Part shown: positions 1 through 8,041 of the stretch, one piece after another
How positions within the stretch are numbered: position 1 is the stretch's first letter
How the letters are laid out: each line of letters begins with the position of its first letter
Virus record (IMG/VR): IMGVR_UViG_3300033067_000449
Location: 3,361-67,360 of that record
DNA length: 64,000 bases
Source of the DNA: a virus
Lineage: Duplodnaviria > Caudoviricetes
Reading direction: 5' to 3' (one strand)
Program-made: the position numbers and the translations under genes
The notes under the pieces: generated by a model
What the model was told of the DNA's origin: nothing
The model's input: only the letters and a program-made list of their open reading frames with translations
Database searches by the model: none

Positions 1-151
1 TATGCTTTAATGCTTTATTAATAGTTTTCATCGTAATACTTTTCTGCTCTGATGTAATAATACTTGAATATTTCTTCCGTTACTGCTGTTGATGTCCATC
101 TAATTGTGTTCTCAACAAATGTGATTGTTATTAAAGACATTCACAAATATA

Positions 152-355
152 TTACATTTTTCTAATTCTTCTACCTTTTGGATTTTCTTTATTTGTTATT
201 TCTGTGATACCAAAATCAAACCCTTGTGTTGGGGTCTCAGATTCCCATCGTTCAAGCATAGTTAATACATGTGCATACTTATCATCAGAATACATCATAT
301 GGTGTATTAACAGTGAAATGAATTGCTTCCGTTGGTTTATGTCTAATCGTTTCAT
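152..355 (-). CDS. hypothetical protein (67 aa)
   Basis: ORF in a chain of overlapping minus-strand genes; overlaps the 352..861 stop. Confidence 0.6.
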   Translation of the reverse strand: MKRLDINQRKQFISLLIHHMMYSDDKYAHVLTMLERWESETPTQGFDFGITEITNKENPKGRRIRKM

Positions 356-861
356 ACTTTCAATATTCTAATTGTGTAATCGGTATACAAAAACTCTCTG
401 TTGTTGTACGCTTGTTCAAAGCCATTAAGGGTATATACTTTACCTGCGGCCTCAGCATGCAATACAAACTCATCATCAGTCATCTCATCATCATCTTCAT
501 CATCAACCATATATACACGAACCTCACCTGATCCGTATGACTTATAGTAATCAATGAACGAAGTCAATGTTTCATATGCCGTTGGATAACTGGTTTTGTA
601 TTCTAGCCAGGCTTGTACTTGACTGTGCATGTGATACATAGTAGTTCTGTCTTTTCCAAAAGATATGGCTACCAAATCAAGGTCTACATTCTCAATCGCT
701 ATTGCAACATAACAACCAATGTACCTGATGCGAACTAAGTTCTTTGCTCTTGTTTTTAGGTATTCATCCTTGGTCATACCGAAGTATATTTCAAGTTGCT
801 GATGAATGTGTTCTAGTTTCTCTGCCGACTTCTTGTCGATTATTCTTTCAACGTTTTCCAT
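352..861 (-). CDS. DnaA C-terminal-domain-like HTH protein with acidic C-terminal extension
   Basis: Segment 'KTRAKNLVRIRYIGCYV...LDLVAISFGKDRTTMYH' resembles DnaA domain IV (R..AMYL...IG..FG.RDHTTV.H); no AAA+ domain. Confidence 0.6.
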   Translation of the reverse strand: MENVERIIDKKSAEKLEHIHQQLEIYFGMTKDEYLKTRAKNLVRIRYIGCYVAIAIENVDLDLVAISFGKDRTTMYHMHSQVQAWLEYKTSYPTAYETLTSFIDYYKSYGSGEVRVYMVDDEDDDEMTDDEFVLHAEAAGKVYTLNGFEQAYNNREFLYTDYTIRILKV

Positions 862-1072
862 TATTTGCTCTGTTAAATATTTCTATTAGTGTTTTTACAT
901 CGGAGGCATTCTCAATATAACCTTTGATATCGTCAACGGTTACATACCATCCATCTTTTGATTTGTCTGCAATCAACCAATTACTATCGGTTAATTGTTT
1001 TTCGTAGAATACGAAATCATCACCCTTGCTGAGAATGAATCCCATTTCAATTAATTCTTTTCTTTGTATCAT
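848..1072 (-). CDS. hypothetical protein (74 aa)
   Basis: Overlaps both neighbours; 'ELIEMGF' start resembles small Bacteroidota phage proteins. Confidence 0.65.
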   Translation of the reverse strand: MIQRKELIEMGFILSKGDDFVFYEKQLTDSNWLIADKSKDGWYVTVDDIKGYIENASDVKTLIEIFNRANNGKR

Positions 1073-1275
1073 ATATAAAATACTATTTGTCTTCTTACCT
1101 CATCGTAATGAGCAATTTCTTTTTTGTTCTGCCACTCGTTCAATTTAAGGGCTTGAATGATCTTGTCAACTGCAACAATAGAACAAGCACGTGCAGTACT
1201 TTCGTCTATTGGCTCTTGTTCAAAAATCCACAACATATCGTGGTAGATTTGGTCTGCTTCTTCTTTTGGTGTCAT
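1069..1275 (-). CDS. hypothetical protein, Bacteroidota-phage 'MTPKE(K)A' family
   Basis: MTPKEEA...ARACSIVAVDKII...YDEVRRQI pattern; ATGA overlaps. Confidence 0.65.
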   Translation of the reverse strand: MTPKEEADQIYHDMLWIFEQEPIDESTARACSIVAVDKIIQALKLNEWQNKKEIAHYDEVRRQIVFYI

Positions 1276-1457
1276 GATATTTTGGTTTTGTTAAATTCGT
1301 TTAGTTGTTCTTCGGTTAGTTCTGATACCGAAATGAATTTCTCATTCCATTGTTTTTCAAGCAATTCATTATACTCTTCAATAACTGATGTAAATGAATA
1401 GGTGAACCCATCAAACTTTCCGTCTGAGTTCATGCGTACATAATCTAAATCTGTCAT
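1272..1457 (-). CDS. hypothetical protein (61 aa)
   Basis: ORF track; ATGA overlap with the downstream gene. Confidence 0.55.
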   Translation of the reverse strand: MTDLDYVRMNSDGKFDGFTYSFTSVIEEYNELLEKQWNEKFISVSELTEEQLNEFNKTKIS

Positions 1458-1484
1458 ACTGTTTGTCCTTGTGTGCCACTATCA

Positions 1485-1685
1485 TCATCCTAGTGATTTC
1501 CTCCAATTGATTAGCCACCAAACTAATTCTTGTTGTTGTTTGGTTTCATCGTCATTTGGTTTATTTACCAATAGATAGTTTAGTTGTGCGGTCTCACCAT
1601 AAAGGCGATTGGATAAAGAAACCTTCAAGTCTCTGCCACGAAGATGTCTTGTTTCTTTTACTATGTTGTTTGTCCTGTAATACAT
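1485..1685 (-). CDS. hypothetical protein (66 aa)
   Basis: ORF track; starts 3 nt after the upstream stop. Confidence 0.55.
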   Translation of the reverse strand: MYYRTNNIVKETRHLRGRDLKVSLSNRLYGETAQLNYLLVNKPNDDETKQQQELVWWLINWRKSLG

Positions 1686-1688
1686 AGA

Positions 1689-2126
1689 TTATTCTTTTTC
1701 TCTAAGTTCTAATTCTTTTTCAAAGTTATAGCCCCACAATGTTTGGGCGAAGTGTTCGTTTATTGTAGCGTAGTAGAAGTATACATCGTACAATGCATCC
1801 GTAGTCATCTCAGATAAAGTAACGAGGTCGGGAGTAGAGAAGTGAACACCCTCCTCATATATTCTTCTCCACAACATTGTATCTCTCCAATCCCTAAACC
1901 CAGCAGCACACAATAAAAACCTAACAGGTCTCTTTGCGATGGTGTCAATGTCAAGGTGTGGATTCTCTTTCCACTCATTTAGGATTGTGCCTAGTTTGTC
2001 ATCAATGATTCCGCTGATAAGTGCATCGTCATAAATACGTTGGTCAAACAACCATGTACCTAAATTGTCAGCAAACGGTGATTGTTTTGTGTTATTAGAT
2101 TGTTTGGTTTTCATGTCTTGGGGCAT
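1689..2126 (-). CDS. hypothetical protein (145 aa)
   Basis: ORF in a tight operon. Confidence 0.7.
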   Translation of the reverse strand: MPQDMKTKQSNNTKQSPFADNLGTWLFDQRIYDDALISGIIDDKLGTILNEWKENPHLDIDTIAKRPVRFLLCAAGFRDWRDTMLWRRIYEEGVHFSTPDLVTLSEMTTDALYDVYFYYATINEHFAQTLWGYNFEKELELREKE

Positions 2127-2376
2127 AAAGAGTTTTAAGTTTTTCGTTTAGTTCGTCTATTGTCAAACTCAATGGCTTAACGGGAAATAATAAGTGGTCT
2201 TTAATTCCAAGACATCCTCTCAGATATAGTGTTGTATCTGCAAATTCTGGTATGTTACAAGAAGTAATTTCAAAACCACCGAATTGCACTGAGCGTAAAC
2301 CTCGTTGGTATACAACGCGTGCTACCTGTCCTCTACCTGGAACATTGGTGATTAATATTCTAAACGGGTAATTCAT
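2095..2376 (-). CDS. hypothetical protein, tandem paralog 3 of 3
   Basis: MNYPFR..., RVVYQ and LYLRG motifs shared with both upstream neighbours. Confidence 0.75.
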   Translation of the reverse strand: MNYPFRILITNVPGRGQVARVVYQRGLRSVQFGGFEITSCNIPEFADTTLYLRGCLGIKDHLLFPVKPLSLTIDELNEKLKTLYAPRHENQTI

Positions 2377-2653
2377 AGTGTGATTTTATAAATGAGTTTA
2401 TTGTTTCTTGATGTATTGCAAATAGTTTTGATGCTGTATAGTTAACACTATTATCTTCCTGTGTCATGTAGCCTCGCAGAAATAAAATGCTACGGTCGCC
2501 ATCTTCGTGAAAGGCTGGACAAGCGACATATTCTATTTTAAGTTCTTTCATTGGATACATTTCAATTATGGTGTTGGGTTGTTGATATACAACTCTATAT
2601 GCGTACACACCATTGGGCATCTTAACCATAAGTAGTCTAAACGGGTAGTTCAT
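2360..2653 (-). CDS. hypothetical protein, tandem paralog 2 of 3
   Basis: MNYPFR..., RVVYQ and LFLRG motifs. Confidence 0.75.
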   Translation of the reverse strand: MNYPFRLLMVKMPNGVYAYRVVYQQPNTIIEMYPMKELKIEYVACPAFHEDGDRSILFLRGYMTQEDNSVNYTASKLFAIHQETINSFIKSHYELPV

Positions 2654-2924
2654 GATATATTTTATTAGCTTCTTTTACATTATTTAGAAATTCTTCGCAG
2701 TCAGACTCGGTTACAAAGTCATAAAATACTTCGTGCGGGTTGCCACAACCTCTGAGAAAAATTACATTGCTTTCAGCCCTCAGTTCTACACAATCTATGT
2801 TGCGTATTATAACTCGTCCATATTGTTCTGACATACGACAATCTTGTTCTTGATATACAACACGACACATCAACTTGTTAACTCCTTTGCGTACCATAAG
2901 TACTTTGAAATTTATTTTTTCCAT
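2637..2924 (-). CDS. hypothetical protein, tandem paralog 1 of 3
   Basis: INFKVLMV..., RVVYQ and IFLRG motifs. Confidence 0.75.
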   Translation of the reverse strand: MEKINFKVLMVRKGVNKLMCRVVYQEQDCRMSEQYGRVIIRNIDCVELRAESNVIFLRGCGNPHEVFYDFVTESDCEEFLNNVKEANKIYHELPV

Positions 2925-2935
2925 AGTTATATTTT

Positions 2936-2974
2936 AAAAATGGGGCATCAGAATTCCTCAATACCTAGCCCCAT
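2936..2974 (-). terminator. probable intrinsic terminator after the GATase gene
   Basis: Minus strand ATGGGGC-(21 nt)-GCCCCAT followed by TTTT; the loop is long. Confidence 0.5.
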
Positions 2975-3005
2975 TAAACCAAACTAATTAAAACAAAAGA
3001 TCTAT

Positions 3006-3803
3006 TTAGAAATCAAACAAAGTTTTAGAGTACTGCTTAACTGCCTTGTCGTGTTCCTTACACATACAACACTGACCTTTATCTAAGTCATCACCATAAC
3101 CCTTCATCAACTCTATACCACAGTCAATACAAGTACCATCAGTGACACCATACGATGCATTGTAATACTGCTCGTCTAACTTATCATAGTAGTCATTGAA
3201 ATCTTTGGATGCGTAGTTAGTGGTAGTTGTTTTGGTTGTTTGTAGTTGGTGTCCGTAGTAGCGTAGTGATGGATCGAGGTATGACTTGTTACTGAACCAA
3301 GACTCGCCATCCCAATAACCTGCTTTCTCATTGACAATAACAACCTCGTTGTCATTACCCATAAAGATAAGTTTGTTGTATGAACCGATGAAGTCAGAGA
3401 TAAGAGACATAACACTAGACGACTTGATGAATTGCTTGGGCATATCTTTGAGGAACTCATTGAAGTGCCACGTGTCAGAGAACTCTGATACACCATAGGA
3501 GAAATCGTCAATGATACCATTGTGTACAAAACCTACGGTCTCATCAACAATGAATGGGTGAATGTTACGCTCGTCAACTACACCATGAGTACGAATACGA
3601 AAGTGCAGTACTACTTTGTCGGTAACCTTGCGTATTTCTTGATACTGTTTGAAGAATGCTTTGAATGATTTGAGTTGCTTGTATACTTGTAATTGTCCGT
3701 CTTCTACCCACAACATACCTGCGCCATCGTCGTTAGAGTTCCAGCAGTTCTGTAATGTTTTCTTGGTGAGTAAATCTTTGTTGTTGTAAATTGCGATACA
3801 CAT
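3006..3803 (-). CDS. class II (Ntn) glutamine amidotransferase
   Basis: N-terminal MC nucleophile, 'NSNDDGAGM', 'HFRIRTHG...NIHPF', 'HNGII', 'SDTWHF'; C-terminal CxxC...CxxC. Confidence 0.88.
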   Translation of the reverse strand: MCIAIYNNKDLLTKKTLQNCWNSNDDGAGMLWVEDGQLQVYKQLKSFKAFFKQYQEIRKVTDKVVLHFRIRTHGVVDERNIHPFIVDETVGFVHNGIIDDFSYGVSEFSDTWHFNEFLKDMPKQFIKSSSVMSLISDFIGSYNKLIFMGNDNEVVIVNEKAGYWDGESWFSNKSYLDPSLRYYGHQLQTTKTTTTNYASKDFNDYYDKLDEQYYNASYGVTDGTCIDCGIELMKGYGDDLDKGQCCMCKEHDKAVKQYSKTLFDF

Positions 3804-3850
3804 AATTGTTTTTGTTTTTTAATTGGTTGATTGATTGATTGATTAATTGA

Positions 3851-5128
3851 TTAGTTAGTTTCGATTGGCAATGTAGTCATAGGACTGGTTGTGTTGTTCA
3901 TGAAATCATCTTGTTGTTCGGGTGTCAAGTCATCCCAATCAATTACGATAATTGGATTGTCCCACACTGTGTTGGTAATATCAACAGGTTTCTTATCCTT
4001 CTTGGGTAACTTGATAATCTTACGCTTGACAAGATAGTTGTGTGTGTCAATGACTTCGAATGAATACTGACGACAATAGGTGTAGAACATCTCACCTTTC
4101 TTAATGATTTGGTCTACGCTATACACTTGACGCAACAATGAATGTAACTTACTGCGACCATCAAGCATATTTTTTAAGACTTGGGCCTCACTTACATTAC
4201 GATTAGATACCATATACTTGATTAACTCAGTACGCCATAAGATATTAGTAACATTCTTAACAGCACTGAAGATACGAAACTCTAAGCGAGAGTCTTTGAT
4301 ATACACAGCACCATACTTATCATTGGCACTATTATGTTTAGAGATAGCAGGACAATAGGTATTCTTGACACGACCATTATACAAAGCATAAAGCATAGGC
4401 ATATAAGACTTGATAGAGTCATACACTTCGCGAGGTGTCATAGTAATGTGTGATATGTTGATGTGACCACCACAATCTTTACTGTAATCTGCATTGATAT
4501 AACCCTCAACATTACGGAATGTGTCGGCAGTTACATTGAACATGTCAAACACAGGAGAGATAAACTCAAAGCCAGTAGAATCACAAAGAGAACCATCGCG
4601 TTCTTTTGCCCACTTGGTACGATTGAAACAGTCATGCGCAGACTCACAACTACGGTAATGATCGTCTTCTTTCTCTACCTCATAAGCGATACGCCACTCT
4701 GCAACGGTAGCCTCAGAAGTAAAGTGACGATTGCCGCTATGATAATCAAACAAATCATCAGCATCAGGTTCTGGTTCTGTGTGATAATCACCATCGTCTT
4801 CCCAATAGTATAGGTTCAGTTCTTCTGCAACATCTGAGTTAATGACATAACTGTAATCCCAATCTCTAACATGAACAAAGTCAGAGTAACGATGGAAATA
4901 ACCTGTGTTACCACGTCTGTCAATAACACCATGCACTGCTTGAGATTCCCAAATTTCTTCTTGATAGTACTCACAAAATACAACACTACCGTCATCACGT
5001 AGTTCGTCAAGTTCAGTGTCGGTAAGCCAACAGTGGAGACGATCGTAGTAGGTGGCCTCAGATTGTGGTACTTCTACTTGAAAGTGAGTAGTTACCATTT
5101 CTACTTCTTGATTTCCTAAATGTTCCAT
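3851..5128 (-). CDS. putative amidoligase (COOH-NH2 ligase type 2 / Amidoligase_2-like)
   Basis: 'AYEVEKE', 'ERDGSL...GFEFISP', 'CGGHINIS', 'KYGAV...RLEFRIF' motifs; adjacent to the GATase, a known phage gene pair. Confidence 0.8.
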   Translation of the reverse strand: MEHLGNQEVEMVTTHFQVEVPQSEATYYDRLHCWLTDTELDELRDDGSVVFCEYYQEEIWESQAVHGVIDRRGNTGYFHRYSDFVHVRDWDYSYVINSDVAEELNLYYWEDDGDYHTEPEPDADDLFDYHSGNRHFTSEATVAEWRIAYEVEKEDDHYRSCESAHDCFNRTKWAKERDGSLCDSTGFEFISPVFDMFNVTADTFRNVEGYINADYSKDCGGHINISHITMTPREVYDSIKSYMPMLYALYNGRVKNTYCPAISKHNSANDKYGAVYIKDSRLEFRIFSAVKNVTNILWRTELIKYMVSNRNVSEAQVLKNMLDGRSKLHSLLRQVYSVDQIIKKGEMFYTYCRQYSFEVIDTHNYLVKRKIIKLPKKDKKPVDITNTVWDNPIIVIDWDDLTPEQQDDFMNNTTSPMTTLPIETN

Positions 5129-5151
5129 AATTTTAATTGTTTAGTTTTGTT

Positions 5152-5511
5152 CTATATGTATTTGTTTTCTAATTGTAATAAATAAGCATCCGCTAAGGTC
5201 CGCAATGTCCTTATCAAGCCCATCATTGCGTTGTCTTTGGTTGTGTAATAACATTCTTGCACACCATCAAACTCAGTTATCATATCACCATCATACACAA
5301 ACCACTTTCCGTCTTGATTGTATGGCAGTTCAATACCATGTCCGACAAGTGTGTATTCGATTGCCGTATCAATAGGTTGGTCTGGCTCGTCTTGATTAAC
5401 ATTAAAAACCCGCATCTCAGTGACACGGGTTTCAAATGGGTAAGTAAAGTTAGGATGCAAACACCATACAGTATCACCGATGGTTAGTTGTTGTTGTTCT
5501 TTTTGTGTCAT
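5152..5511 (-). CDS. hypothetical protein (119 aa), SH3/beta-barrel-like start
   Basis: 'LTIGDTVWCL' start; ATGA overlap upstream. Confidence 0.65.
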   Translation of the reverse strand: MTQKEQQQLTIGDTVWCLHPNFTYPFETRVTEMRVFNVNQDEPDQPIDTAIEYTLVGHGIELPYNQDGKWFVYDGDMITEFDGVQECYYTTKDNAMMGLIRTLRTLADAYLLQLENKYI

Positions 5512-5669
5512 GTATGTAAGGTTTTATTTGTTTCAAAGTATACGAATCCGATTAGGTAAATGACTGACAACACAAGGCAGAATATAGCCAAGTGTATTTG
5601 TGTTTCAAAGGTTGCGACCACAAAGCCAATGAAATGTAGAATAGTTAGGAATAACAATAGGTATCTCAT
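5508..5669 (-). CDS. small two-TM membrane protein (53 aa), not in the ORF track
   Basis: Manual translation MRYLLLFLTILHFIGFVVATFETQIHLAIFCLVLSVIYLIGFVYFETNKTLHT*; ATGA overlaps at both ends. Confidence 0.7.
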   Translation of the reverse strand: MRYLLLFLTILHFIGFVVATFETQIHLAIFCLVLSVIYLIGFVYFETNKTLHT

Positions 5670-5764
5670 TTTTTTAGTTTGTTAAGTTCAAGCATCCAAC
5701 AAATACCATACGCAATGAATGATACCAATGCGATTGCGATACACGATTCAGTTATTAGTTTCAT
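5666..5764 (-). CDS. small single-TM peptide (32 aa), not in the ORF track
   Basis: MKLITESCIAIALVSFIAYGICWMLELNKLKK*; ATGA overlaps at both ends. Confidence 0.65.
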   Translation of the reverse strand: MKLITESCIAIALVSFIAYGICWMLELNKLKK

Positions 5765-5925
5765 GCTCGATAGTAATTATTTTCTGATGTGATACCATAC
5801 TTAAACGCTTTGCGTTCTTTTGGTTGAATTGCAGACGTTCTTGTTTTACCGTTAACAACTTTCCGTTTGTAACGATTACGCAGTTCGTCAATCTCTGCGG
5901 TTGTGAGGAATTTAACTTGTACCAT
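5761..5925 (-). CDS. small basic protein (54 aa), not in the ORF track
   Basis: MVQVKFLTTAEIDELRNRYKRKVVNGKTRTSAIQPKERKAFKYGITSENNYYRA*; A-rich upstream; ATGA overlap downstream. Confidence 0.65.
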   Translation of the reverse strand: MVQVKFLTTAEIDELRNRYKRKVVNGKTRTSAIQPKERKAFKYGITSENNYYRA

Positions 5926-5989
5926 TTGTTTTTAATTAAAGGTTTGGTGGGTGCGTTCCATTGAAGAAAGACACAGATAAATTTGAAGT

Positions 5990-6595
5990 TTGAGGCCTCA
6001 GATCTAAATTGTCCGCACCCGATAGCAGATACATAGCGTGTGAGTATCCAACACACATTAAGCCATAGACAACAGGCACTAAGTATAAAATAGAAGACAC
6101 GACCGCATGAGCCGTGTTTGTTCGTTTGTGTTGGTTCGGTTACATAATTGCAACTATTGATTCATTCAGTACACTATTCAATCAGCTGTAAGTCGCTGAG
6201 TGTACCGCCACGTATTTACCATATATGTCCGTGAGTATCCCATTAAGGGAGGATGCCATACCTATCCGATGATAGGCTGAATCGGGCTAACAATTACATA
6301 TGATTAATGATTTCAGTATATCACCCTGATTCTGTGTAATCAGTGCCCATAGCGTTACCGCTACTTTTAACCGTTAGGATTCGGTGGGGGTACAGTAGTA
6401 CCGCAAGGTGAACTAGTCAGTAGGTTCCAACGCTACCGCTTATCTTTCGATAAGGCATCATAAAACTTCCGCAAGGTTACGCATATTGATTTTTGCTTTC
6501 AATAAATACTTGCATCGCTTCCGCTAGGTAATCACTTACACTAACGGAAAAATATGAGGAATTTTTGTCCCGTCCATTTTGCAGAACGAAACGCA
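5990..6595. other. non-coding, hairpin-dense region (candidate structured RNA or ssDNA element)
   Basis: No convincing ORF over about 530 nt (6060-6590). Stems include CCTATC-CGAT-GATAGG, TAGCG-TTAC-CGCTA, TAGT-ACC-GCAA-GGT-GA-ACTA, CTTATC-TTTC-GATAAG, TATTGA...TCAATA and TTTTGC...GCAAAA. Confidence 0.4.
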
Positions 6596-6624
6596 AAAAG
6601 GGGATAAATATCCCCGATTTTTTT
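6595..6624. terminator. bidirectional intrinsic terminator
   Basis: AAAAA-GGGGAT-AAAT-ATCCCC-GATTTTTTT; T-tracts on both strands. Confidence 0.75.
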
Positions 6625-7316
6625 GGTGTATTGGTGTATATTGTTTTTAATTTAAGGTGATTAATTCTTTTAGTTGGTTTAATTCTGAGTCACAAAGTTG
6701 GTAGACCTTTGCTTTATTTTCGGGGCTATTAATACTTGTTTCACTCATTACTACAACTTTTTTGTTTTCAAAGATTTCGCTTGCATTAATTCCTTTAGGT
6801 TTACTATCGGTTAAACTTACTAAGGAACTAAAAACAAATTGTGCGAATTTGTGAGGTGCATAATCGCCCGAGAATTTCAATTTAATGTGGTTTGTCGTTT
6901 TGATATTGTAACTTTCACCATTCGCAAAGTAAGTGATTTTTAAGTCAATCGGTTGGGATAGTTTGAATTGAACTTGTCCGAAATCCTTTTGTAATTGCAG
7001 TAACTTAAAAAAATTGTAAATTTCAACCCCTAAAAGTTTACCGATTGAAACCCCTTTTTTATATTCAATTTGCATTGCGTAAGGGCTTACGATATGGTTA
7101 AGTGTTTGGGTAACTTTTGTCCCGTCCTTTTCCGTTATTGTTTTTTTGTACTTACAATTTTGGGAAATTTCAAAACGCAAAAGGTAGTCGTTTGTGGGTG
7201 TTTCCGCAATGGAAACATTCCCGATTTTGTCTTTTTTCATATTTTAATAGGTTGGTTTGGTTTGTCCAATAAATTAGACGGTTTTTGTCTACTAAAATAT
7301 ACACCAATACGCCAAA
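6622..7316. repeat. 21-bp inverted repeat pair (20/21 match) at 6622-6642 and 7296-7316 bracketing gene 6647..7240
   Basis: TTTGGTGTATTGGTGTATATT versus AATATACACCAATACGCCAAA. Confidence 0.85.
6647..7240 (-). CDS. Lys-rich hypothetical protein (197 aa); first gene after the strongest-looking early promoter
   Basis: Isolated ORF with its own promoter (7389-7417) and terminator (6595-6624). Confidence 0.75.
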   Translation of the reverse strand: MKKDKIGNVSIAETPTNDYLLRFEISQNCKYKKTITEKDGTKVTQTLNHIVSPYAMQIEYKKGVSIGKLLGVEIYNFFKLLQLQKDFGQVQFKLSQPIDLKITYFANGESYNIKTTNHIKLKFSGDYAPHKFAQFVFSSLVSLTDSKPKGINASEIFENKKVVVMSETSINSPENKAKVYQLCDSELNQLKELITLN

Positions 7317-7388
7317 GAACGATATTCGCATACCTCGGACAATGGGGTTTTTCTTCCCTTTGAACTAACTTGATATAGAATTCAGACA

Positions 7389-7417
7389 CAAAGATAGGTA
7401 TAAATTCGATATATCAA
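7389..7417 (-). promoter_or_regulatory. Bacteroidota housekeeping-sigma promoter (TTG-N18-TATCTTTG)
   Basis: Matches the -33 TTG / -7 TAnnTTTG consensus; AT-rich upstream. Confidence 0.7.
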
Positions 7418-7925
7418 CCATATACCCACAAAAAAGTGATATATTTTTGAAAATAATTTCTAACTCATTGAATTTCAATTACTTACAAAAATAATTTAGA
7501 ATCATTCTAAACAACCCCCAAAATTTCCCTTTTATATAATAGGAAACGGGCGCGCGTGTAATGTAGGGGAAAGGTGTTTGATTTGCAAATATGCAATGTA
7601 ATTTTTTTGTCATAAAAAAATGAACGGGCTACAAAAAAAATATGACGAAAATATGACAAACGAAATTTGTTTTTGTCCCTTTTATTTCTTATGGAACATA
7701 TGTCCTTTTTATTATACAGTGATGCCCAAAAAAACATACATTTGTTTGTTACCCTTGTAGTATGCAGTAGACGGACAAAGTGACCAGTTTTGTGTACGCA
7801 TATTGTCCAAAAAAATGGAATCGACTGTCCAATTATAAGGAATTCGCGTGTTCATTTTAGTAGGCGGGGATGTTTTTTTGCGAAGCAAAGTTTTCGAAAA
7901 TGTAACGTTTACCTCTCTCACCCGC

Positions 7926-8040
7926 ACAAACTTTGTATTTGGGGGAAACTTTGTATTTGGAAAAACTTTATATTTTTAAGGTGGGGGGGGTATTTTATAC
8001 TTGGGGGTATTATACCAGGGGGTATAAACCAGGGGTATAT
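7926..8040 (+). repeat. short tandem repeats and G-tracts (AAACTTTGTATTTGG x2 plus a degenerate copy; GGGG(G)TAT x4)
   Basis: G8 at 7983, G5 at 8003, G5 at 8018 and G4 at 8032, each followed by TAT. Confidence 0.75.
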
Positions 8041-8041
8041 T

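Noticed and set aside
5748-6056. 102-aa ORF from the ORF track
   Set aside because: It overlaps, in another frame, the chain of three small ORFs with consecutive ATGA overlaps (5761..5925 and downstream), which fits the operon better.
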